DNA from: a virus | Lineage: Duplodnaviria; Caudoviricetes | DNA: 26,780 nucleotides | Strand: one strand, 5' to 3' | IMG/VR virus record: IMGVR_UViG_3300020043_004036 | Coordinates: 1 to 26,780 of that record | In this document: in pieces, positions 1-5,716 of the stretch | How positions within the stretch are numbered: position 1 is the first letter of the stretch | Layout of the letters: the number at the start of each line of letters is the position of its first letter | The notes under the pieces: model-generated | Database searches by the model: none | What the model saw: only the letters and a program-made list of their open reading frames with translations | Told to the model about the DNA's origin: nothing | Translations under genes and position numbers: made by a program

Positions 1-195
1 CCGTGGAAAACGATCGGCCCGGGCGCGTTTATCAATAACCGTTTTCAGACATTGTGCCAACCGTGCCATTCTCAAAAAACGGGCTTAGAACAACGGGGGG
101 TTTTTAGGCATTACACCGATCACGGGGCGATTGACTACCAATCGGGCGATTGGCCCCAGATGATCAGCGACAACAACCCCGCCCGGGGCCAATGA
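1..195 (+). CDS. HNH endonuclease, C-terminal part (5'-truncated by window edge; terminase-associated gp74-like type)
   Basis: Not in the ORF track. Frame 1 reads PWKTIGPGAFINNRFQTLCQPCHSQKTGLEQRG...ARGQ*, with the N-x2-Q-x-LC-x2-CH-x2-KT signature of phage HNH nucleases; TGA at 193-195. Confidence 0.8.
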   Translation, partial: PWKTIGPGAFINNRFQTLCQPCHSQKTGLEQRGVFRHYTDHGAIDYQSGDWPQMISDNNPARGQ

Positions 196-426
196 CCCCC
201 CAAAACGACCCCAAACAACCCCAAACGGGGCAAAACGGGGCCAAAACGGGGCCAATTCCTTATAAATTGTACAATCTAGCATCAATTCTGTAGTACTGGG
301 GTTTGCAGTTTGCCATTGCCACCATATAAACGTAGTACCCCAACATTACCAACCCAACGATTTGAAACTAAAAGTGTGCGGTTTGGCGATGGGTATTGGC
401 CCCGTGTTTCTGTCGTTGGCAATGGT

Positions 427-458
427 GACCATTGGCGGGTTTGCAATGGTCGTTTTTT
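427..458 (+). terminator. Intrinsic terminator-like hairpin upstream of the early operon
   Basis: GACCATTG (427-434) pairs with CAATGGTC (444-451) around a 9-nt loop, followed by GTTTTTT. Confidence 0.5.
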
Positions 459-480
459 CTGGTTTATTGGGGGATTGATC

Positions 481-690
481 ATGCATTTGGACAAAACAAG
501 GGTTACTTTTCATCACGGTTGCGGGTTTGCCCCCGAAGGGATCGACAAAAAACCGTTTGCAACATTGGTTGTAAATGACATTGTCCCCCGGGAATTGATC
601 GACAAAATTTGTGACGTGATGCGCGAATATCACAATGGGATCGGGGATTTTTGCAACGTCAAAATCCAATCCGAAGATTGGGATTGTTAA
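481..690 (+). CDS. Hypothetical protein (69 aa)
   Basis: ATG at 481 follows GGGGGA (RBS-like). It is the 3' part of ORF 310..690 and is co-oriented with the downstream operon. Confidence 0.7.
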   Translation: MHLDKTRVTFHHGCGFAPEGIDKKPFATLVVNDIVPRELIDKICDVMREYHNGIGDFCNVKIQSEDWDC

Positions 691-719
691 CAATTTTTCA
701 CATTACAGGATAAAACATC

Positions 720-1592
720 ATGCAAATCAAATCATTCAAAACCGCCCCCAAATTTGCAAAATTGCAGGATTTGGCAATTGCCGTGCAAATGGGGGATGAT
801 CACGTTATCGCCCGGGCAATCTATAAATTACAAATCGATAACGATTTTTCCGGCCCGGGTTGGCAATCCAACCTTAACAAATTGTCGGATGTTTTCAGTC
901 AAAAAACCCCCCAATTTTCAATTTTTGCGCTGGGGGGCAATTCAAAATTGCCGTTTGTCTCGTTTTCCACTATTCCCGGGGTTACATGCCCCGGGGCGGG
1001 GGATTGCATCAATTTTTGCTATTCCTATAGGGCATGGCGATTCCCTGCAGCGTTTGCGCGCATGATCCAAAATGCATACTTGATGCGGTTTGCCCCGGAT
1101 CAAATTGCACGGGCATTTGCAGCGATTGCAGCAAAACGACCCGGGGGGTTTGATTGTCGTTTGTATGTGGATGGTGATTTTGCAAACGGGGGTGACGTTG
1201 CGTTTTGGATGTCATTGTTGGCATCAACCCCAAACGCCCGGGCTTATGGTTACAGCAAATCATTTCATGCATTGTTGGGGTTTGACGTTGTCGGGGTTTG
1301 GCCTACCAACTACCAACTTAACATTTCAGGGGGTCACAATGCATCCCGGGCGATTGTTAACGCTGTAAAAAAATTGCCGATCACACGGGGGGAATTTATA
1401 GCGGTTTCGATTGGGCGAAAAGTCAAAAGCAACGATCACGGGTCACCCAGCGTTAACGCTGCAATCCGGGCCAAATTTCCGGGGGTTAAGGTTTTTCCGT
1501 GCCCGGGGGCATGTGGATCATGCACGGGGGCGGGGCATGCATGCGGTTTACCTAAGATGAAAAACCGCGTTATCGCGATTGCAATGCACTAA
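720..1592 (+). CDS. GP88-family Cys-rich protein (possible Fe-S / radical-SAM-like)
   Basis: 290 aa with GNSKL, TCPGAGDCINFCY (Cx5Cx3C), RLYVDGDF, YGYSKS and a C-terminal CPGACGSC..C cluster. These motifs are typical of phage 'gene product 88' proteins. AGGA RBS upstream. Confidence 0.8.
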   Translation: MQIKSFKTAPKFAKLQDLAIAVQMGDDHVIARAIYKLQIDNDFSGPGWQSNLNKLSDVFSQKTPQFSIFALGGNSKLPFVSFSTIPGVTCPGAGDCINFCYSYRAWRFPAAFARMIQNAYLMRFAPDQIARAFAAIAAKRPGGFDCRLYVDGDFANGGDVAFWMSLLASTPNARAYGYSKSFHALLGFDVVGVWPTNYQLNISGGHNASRAIVNAVKKLPITRGEFIAVSIGRKVKSNDHGSPSVNAAIRAKFPGVKVFPCPGACGSCTGAGHACGLPKMKNRVIAIAMH

Positions 1593-1605
1593 AAAGGGGT
1601 CAACA

Positions 1606-1818
1606 ATGACAACAATTTCAAAATTTCATACGGGTTTTATCAATGCAATGGTGGAAAGTGCATACAAATTTGATGCACAAACCGCAAAAACAGTTAACGA
1701 CCCCCAAATGACAAATTGTCAATTAAGGGATTTTTTGTGCGCGTTTTGCGGTTGCACGGAAAAACCAATGAATGAACCGTTTTGCTATCCAATTTGCCCA
1801 AAATGCGGGGGGGCTTAA
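1606..1818 (+). CDS. Small zinc-finger-like protein (70 aa)
   Basis: AAGGGG RBS before ATG 1606; C-terminal CAFC...CPKC pairs. Confidence 0.65.
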   Translation: MTTISKFHTGFINAMVESAYKFDAQTAKTVNDPQMTNCQLRDFLCAFCGCTEKPMNEPFCYPICPKCGGA

Positions 1819-1820
1819 CA

Positions 1821-1994
1821 ATGACTAACCAACAAATTTGTGATTTTTACGATAACAACCCAAACCTGACAATTGCCCAATTGGCGCAAATGCTTAGGAT
1901 GACCCCTGATCAGGTCAAAACAATCCTTCAAACCCCGCCCCCCGTGCAATCGTACGGGCGCAATCGGGGTCGTTCAAACAATTACAGGGGCTAA
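1821..1994 (+). CDS. Small HTH-like protein (57 aa)
   Basis: ATG 2 nt after the previous stop; NPNLTIAQLAQMLRMTPDQVKTIL resembles a helix-turn-helix. Confidence 0.65.
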   Translation: MTNQQICDFYDNNPNLTIAQLAQMLRMTPDQVKTILQTPPPVQSYGRNRGRSNNYRG

Positions 1995-1995
1995 C

Positions 1996-2217
1996 ATGGG
2001 CAAATTTTCTGATATCGATATCGAATTGACTTATGGCACAAAACCGACAAAAATGCCCCGTGAAGGGTCGTTTGGGGTATCAATCAACGACCCAAACAAC
2101 CCGCCAATGTTTTATGAATTGTTAACGATTATGGGCAATGTGGGGCTTTTTTGGCCTAATGATGGATCGGGCGATATTGTTCAATTTTCATTAGATGATT
2201 ATTGGGAATTGACGTAA
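1996..2217 (+). CDS. Hypothetical acidic protein (73 aa)
   Basis: AGGGG RBS; starts 1 nt after the previous stop; followed by a terminator. Confidence 0.7.
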   Translation: MGKFSDIDIELTYGTKPTKMPREGSFGVSINDPNNPPMFYELLTIMGNVGLFWPNDGSGDIVQFSLDDYWELT

Positions 2218-2227
2218 AACCAAAACG

Positions 2228-2253
2228 ACCCCGGGCAAAACCGGGGTTTTTTT
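2228..2253 (+). terminator. Rho-independent terminator closing the GP88 operon
   Basis: ACCCCGG-GCAAAA-CCGGGGT stem-loop followed by a T-run, just after the stop at 2217. Confidence 0.85.
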
Positions 2254-2268
2254 GGCTTTGCTAAGTTA

Positions 2269-2280
2269 GTTAGCGCTCAC
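2269..2280. promoter_or_regulatory. SlmA-binding-sequence-like imperfect palindrome GTTAGCGCTCAC
   Basis: Matches the E. coli SBS consensus GTGAGTACTCAC at 9/12 positions, keeping the GTnAGnnCTnAC frame. It is a local AG/CT cluster inside otherwise AG/CT-poor DNA. Confidence 0.45.
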
Positions 2281-2283
2281 TTC

Positions 2284-2640
2284 AAAATTGGCCCCGTTTG
2301 CGGGGTTGTTTGGGTTTTGCTGGGGGTTGGCCCGGGGTGATCGTTTGGCCCGTTTGCGGGGCGATTGGCCCCCAGCGATTGGGCGATTGTTTGGGCAATT
2401 GTTTGGGGTTGGTTTGGCGGGGTTTGTTATCCCCGGGCGATTGACCCCAATGATTGGCCCGGGTTGGATCGGGCGGGGTTTGGCGGGTTGACCCCGTTTT
2501 CTGGGGGCGATTGGCGGGGGTTTGCAGCGATTGGGGCGGGTTGGTTTGGCCCCCGGTTGATTGGGGCGGGGTTGGCCCCGGGGCGATTGGGCGGGGCGGG
2601 GCGATTGGCCCCCGATCATGCCAACCCGGGCGGGTTATGT
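2284..2640 (+). repeat. G/T-skewed degenerate repeat array (GCGATTG, G-runs, TTGGCCCC)
   Basis: GCGATTG at 2361, 2375, 2383, 2437, 2507, 2527, 2583 and 2601. The + strand is very A-poor. No credible ORF. Confidence 0.75.
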
Positions 2641-2718
2641 AATGATTTCCCCGTCATTTTGCCATTTTTGTAGGTCATTGGGTCACATTTCCAATGGCAC
2701 TAGGGGTAAACCCTGTAG

Positions 2719-2738
2719 TACTGTATGGGCATCCAGTA
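2719..2738. promoter_or_regulatory. LexA (SOS) box
   Basis: TACTGTATGGGCATCCAGTA fits TACTG-N10-CAGTA and has 2 mismatches to the E. coli recA operator TACTGTATGAGCATACAGTA. Confidence 0.7.
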
Positions 2739-2798
2739 ATACTAGGGCCAGAAAAGTCTAAAAGCCAACTACGCATTTCGGAAAAAAAATTTAGAAGC

Positions 2799-2826
2799 AA
2801 AAAAAATGCCCTAACTGACAAGGCAT
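2799..2826 (-). terminator. Rho-independent terminator of the leftward operon
   Basis: Minus strand reads AUGCCUU-GUCAGUU-AGGGCAU followed by a U-run, downstream of the stop at 2870. Confidence 0.75.
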
Positions 2827-2869
2827 AAAAAGGCTTTTTCCGAAAAGCCACTCACCAAGGAAAACTTTT

Positions 2870-3070
2870 CTAAACCTGTTCAAATTTTTTGGTCAGATTT
2901 GTTGGTGCTTTCCACGAACTTTCGTCAACTCTGTAGGAAATCACATCTTTGCTTTGTGCTTTGTAGCCAGAAGCGTAAGCAGCGCGAGAAACTGCCAGTG
3001 CTTTTGCTTTTGTATCAAATGGCCCTTGCGCCCCCCAATACCAGCCTGATTGTTTTTTAACGAGTGGCAT
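2870..3070 (-). CDS. Conserved small phage protein (66 aa)
   Basis: MPL..GWYWG.QGPF.TKAKAL.V.RAAYASGYK pattern; start overlaps the upstream stop. Confidence 0.75.
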   Translation of the reverse strand: MPLVKKQSGWYWGAQGPFDTKAKALAVSRAAYASGYKAQSKDVISYRVDESSWKAPTNLTKKFEQV

Positions 3071-3480
3071 TATTTTAGGAACTTCAGTTTGTATTTGGTG
3101 GAATCTGTCAGGTCAAGCAGTTCATCCACGATGTTTTGCAGTTCGCTTTCTTGTGGGAATCCGGGCATTTTGCGATAGCTTTCAATTTGGTCACAAATGT
3201 ATTCAACAAGCTCCAGACCATTTTCCCCCAGAAAAAGTGCCTTTTCCGCGAAAATTATTTTCGACTTTTTTCCTTGGTATGCCTCAATGAATTTGTCAGC
3301 ACGTTTATCAAGCTCAACATAGAAGTCACCCAAAGCCATGTGCTGTGAGTAGCTATCAGTGCCAAGGTGGTGGATATGCCCTGCTGTCACGCCGTTAAGC
3401 AGACACATTGCAAACTCTCCCATCACATTGGACGGTGCTTCGTTGATGCTAAATTTCATGGTGGATTCTCCTGCTGTCAT
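3070..3480 (-). CDS. DUF5856-family ferritin/Dps-like four-helix protein
   Basis: HIHHLGTDSYSQHMALGDFY...D.FIEAYQG and ELQNIVDE...TKYKLKFLK motifs. Confidence 0.75.
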   Translation of the reverse strand: MTAGESTMKFSINEAPSNVMGEFAMCLLNGVTAGHIHHLGTDSYSQHMALGDFYVELDKRADKFIEAYQGKKSKIIFAEKALFLGENGLELVEYICDQIESYRKMPGFPQESELQNIVDELLDLTDSTKYKLKFLK

Positions 3481-3935
3481 TGTATAACCGTAACGTCTTT
3501 TGAGCGAGAGCGCAGTTTGTTGCGTGTTTTGGCAATCATGCGCTCGTACTCTGATCGGCTAATTGATGTTCTTTGCAGGTGATGCCACTCTAAAACCTCA
3601 TTGATGGCCCTCAGACCTGTGCCTGTCAGTAACATTTTACCTGTGGCCTCATATCGCTTGGCAGCGTGTGTAAGCTCAATCTCAGCCATCATAGAGTCTG
3701 GTAGTGCTTCTGGCCCGATGCCGTTTCTTGCCATAACCTGACAGATGTTGTTCATGTCTACCAGTTCTTGCCATGTGTAGACAGTTGCGTTACCTGTACG
3801 CATAGCTTCAATGGCGGCAAGCTCTTTGTCTTTGAGTTGTTTAAGGCAATCGTCTGTTGTGATACCTGCGCCAGCGATAGCGTGAGCTATTGGGTTGACC
3901 AGTTGATATACCCGTCTACGACAAACTTTTCTCAT
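3477..3935 (-). CDS. Hypothetical phage protein (152 aa)
   Basis: Long ORF with 4-nt overlaps on both sides. Confidence 0.8.
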   Translation of the reverse strand: MRKVCRRRVYQLVNPIAHAIAGAGITTDDCLKQLKDKELAAIEAMRTGNATVYTWQELVDMNNICQVMARNGIGPEALPDSMMAEIELTHAAKRYEATGKMLLTGTGLRAINEVLEWHHLQRTSISRSEYERMIAKTRNKLRSRSKDVTVIQ

Positions 3936-4153
3936 TTGAAGTCTCTGATGTAAACAGCAAAACTAGCGGCTGTATCGCCAAACGGCATAGCGTCAATAGC
4001 GGTTGCAAGGCGATGCTTGAAGTCTTTAATGGCAATTTCACGCTCATCCGCACGGACAATGGCAACAAGCTGCTCCAGCCGGTCAAGCGGTGCGCCAGAC
4101 CATTCTGTGTGTGCGCCGTAGACTTCATGTGCAAGTTCTATCGTGGTTTTCAT
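3932..4153 (-). CDS. Hypothetical protein (73 aa)
   Basis: ATG at 4153 (MKTTIELA...) is ATGA-coupled to the upstream stop at 4150. Confidence 0.7.
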   Translation of the reverse strand: MKTTIELAHEVYGAHTEWSGAPLDRLEQLVAIVRADEREIAIKDFKHRLATAIDAMPFGDTAASFAVYIRDFK

Positions 4154-4494
4154 TTCATCATCTCCATCATCGCTTGCCTGCAATCGTTCCACCCTGCCAC
4201 ATATTCGATGTGCTCCTGAATGTCGGCGCTTGTCATAGCATCAGGCACGGCTGGCTTTGCTGCTTTCAACCGCTTAATCTCGGACATATGCTCACGCAAC
4301 GACTCCTGCGTGGCTTCAAGCAAAGACCAGTCTCGGCCCTCTAGTACAGGTGCTGGCTGTGCTGCGGTATGTTCTTTCAAGATGGCGTCAATCATCTCAA
4401 TCGCTGTGTTTGCATGGACGCAAGGGTCACGACTGAGCAGCGTCTTGATGGCGACCAAGCCACCACCAACACCAAAGGGCAATGCTTCTCTCAT
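4150..4494 (-). CDS. Hypothetical protein, Eaa/nin-region type
   Basis: ATG at 4494 overlaps the stop at 4491. The C-terminal YVAGWNDCRQAM motif is typical of lambdoid accessory proteins. Confidence 0.65.
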   Translation of the reverse strand: MREALPFGVGGGLVAIKTLLSRDPCVHANTAIEMIDAILKEHTAAQPAPVLEGRDWSLLEATQESLREHMSEIKRLKAAKPAVPDAMTSADIQEHIEYVAGWNDCRQAMMEMMK

Positions 4495-4589
4495 AACACC
4501 TCCACCAGCCACCACAGGCCATAAATGATTGACACAGACACTGTTGCTGATGCCAGCAGCGATGCAATTAGGATTGTTCGGGTTTTCAT
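4491..4589 (-). CDS. Small membrane peptide (32 aa)
   Basis: MKTRTILIASLLASATVSVSIIYGLWWLVEVL; ATGA-coupled on both sides. Confidence 0.55.
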   Translation of the reverse strand: MKTRTILIASLLASATVSVSIIYGLWWLVEVL

Positions 4590-4678
4590 TTGATGATCCT
4601 CATAAAAGCGCCACAACGAGCGCATTTGTACAAGGGCAAATCGCTTAAAGGTTCCCACAAATGTTTGCAATCCATCAT
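4586..4678 (-). CDS. Small zinc-ribbon peptide (30 aa)
   Basis: Not in the ORF track. MMDCKHLWEPLSDLPLYKCARCGAFMRIIK (CxH...CxxC) fills the gap with ATGA overlaps at both ends. Confidence 0.6.
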   Translation of the reverse strand: MMDCKHLWEPLSDLPLYKCARCGAFMRIIK

Positions 4679-4929
4679 GTTCCCTTTGTGCCCCAATCGG
4701 GCATCTTTTCGTTAGCTGCAAGTTCTTCAAGCTGTACGTACAGATTGTCCAAGCCGGGATCGCCAAAACTACGGCTGCAATAATGCGACCAAAACCAAGT
4801 CGCTTCTTCCCACAGACATTCTTTAAACAATCTGTCTCTAACAAATGCGCCGGGGCTGTTGGGCATGTACAGTTTTTTGCTGTCATCTATTTCGGCTCTC
4901 ATAGCCGCTGCAATGGCTGCGTAATTCAT
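4675..4929 (-). CDS. Hypothetical protein (84 aa)
   Basis: ATGA-coupled in the operon; GGAGG RBS. Confidence 0.75.
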   Translation of the reverse strand: MNYAAIAAAMRAEIDDSKKLYMPNSPGAFVRDRLFKECLWEEATWFWSHYCSRSFGDPGLDNLYVQLEELAANEKMPDWGTKGT

Positions 4930-5135
4930 GCCTCCCTCGCTTTCAGCATGGCATCGGCCATTTGGTAGGAGTCCAGTGCAACACCCATGCGCCAGTCCTC
5001 ATCAGGAAAGCAGTCGCATTGGTAAAGAACAACTTGCATTGCCTTGGCCGCAAAGTAGTCGCGCAGGGTCATGCCTAATTTGTATTGACCACTAGGAAAA
5101 GCTGGAAATTGTTTAACAAATTCATCTTCAGTCAT
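4926..5135 (-). CDS. Conserved small phage protein (MTLRDYFAAKAMQ family)
   Basis: PAFP...GMTLRDYFAAKAMQ...YQMADAMLKAR motif, widespread in proteobacterial phages. Confidence 0.85.
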   Translation of the reverse strand: MTEDEFVKQFPAFPSGQYKLGMTLRDYFAAKAMQVVLYQCDCFPDEDWRMGVALDSYQMADAMLKAREA

Positions 5136-5418
5136 GTGTTTTTCCTATCTTGTTTAGTGTCCACTCAAGCAGTTCTTGCTGAGTGACTCCATAATATTCC
5201 ACAAAGCCCCTAGTCCCCAATCCGTGAATACCCTTATTGCCACGATGATGTTCGTAACATAAGCCCATCAGCGTCTTGTAATCACCCTTGCCCCACCCCC
5301 CTGCTCTTAGGTGATGCAGTTCCACAGGAGCGGGGTCATGCTCACCGTAAAGGTGATAACACAGCGCACAGCCAAGGCTTGCCACGGCCTCTTTATGCTT
5401 CTTCTCTGCGTTCTTCAA
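5128..5418 (-). CDS. Ref-like (recombination enhancement) HNH-type nuclease
   Basis: VASLGCALC...VELHH...GLCYEHHRG..GIH..G...F...YG pattern. Confidence 0.7.
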   Translation of the reverse strand: MKNAEKKHKEAVASLGCALCYHLYGEHDPAPVELHHLRAGGWGKGDYKTLMGLCYEHHRGNKGIHGLGTRGFVEYYGVTQQELLEWTLNKIGKTHD

Positions 5419-5716
5419 GCGTCACCCCATTTGTGTTGGCCCAATACAACAACCACTCAGTAAAGCTGACAGCTTGCTCTTTGGTAAACCTGCGGCTTTG
5501 CAACCCTAGCTGGACTACTCGCAAACCGTCAATGCTTGGCATCACCTTGCTAACTGATGCTGATTCGCCGTTCTCATGTGCCCACTGATCTATCAGGTAT
5601 CGCTTCCATGATTCTGTTGACCAGCGGCTACCGTGCAGCTTTGATTGTTTGGCAATCTGGTTAATGATGGCGTGATATAGCTTTTCTTGCTCACGGCTTT
5701 TCATGTCGGGTGTCAT
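5393..5716 (-). CDS. ninB: NinB/Orf-family recombination protein
   Basis: Q.KLYHA....IAKQ...W..ESWK...V.PSIDG..VV.LG.QS..F..EQ...F.EWL pattern. Confidence 0.7.
   Translation of the reverse strand: MTPDMKSREQEKLYHAIINQIAKQSKLHGSRWSTESWKRYLIDQWAHENGESASVSKVMPSIDGLRVVQLGLQSRRFTKEQAVSFTEWLLYWANTNGVTLEERREEA

Noticed and set aside
261-340. Sigma70 promoters (TTGTAC-18-TAGTAC; TTGCCA-17-TAGTAC)
   Set aside because: The -10 hexamers lack the conserved final T. A promoter is likely in this gap but cannot be placed reliably.
310-480. N-terminal extension of ORF 310..690
   Set aside because: TTG start without an RBS, and it crosses a terminator-like hairpin; ATG 481 has a better RBS.
2284-2640. Possible CRISPR array
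   Set aside because: Repeats are only 7-14 nt, degenerate and irregularly spaced, with no unique spacers and no cas genes.
1-2700. Classical palindromic restriction-site avoidance as the cause of the bias
   Set aside because: GATC, CCGG, GGCC, CCCGGG, TGCA and AATT are plentiful; the missing words are AG/CT-containing ones.
2266-2761. Five overlapping ORFs in the G-rich spacer
   Set aside because: Low-complexity Gly/Pro/Trp/Arg products that stay open because the A-poor strand has few stop codons. They lack an RBS and lie between convergent terminators.
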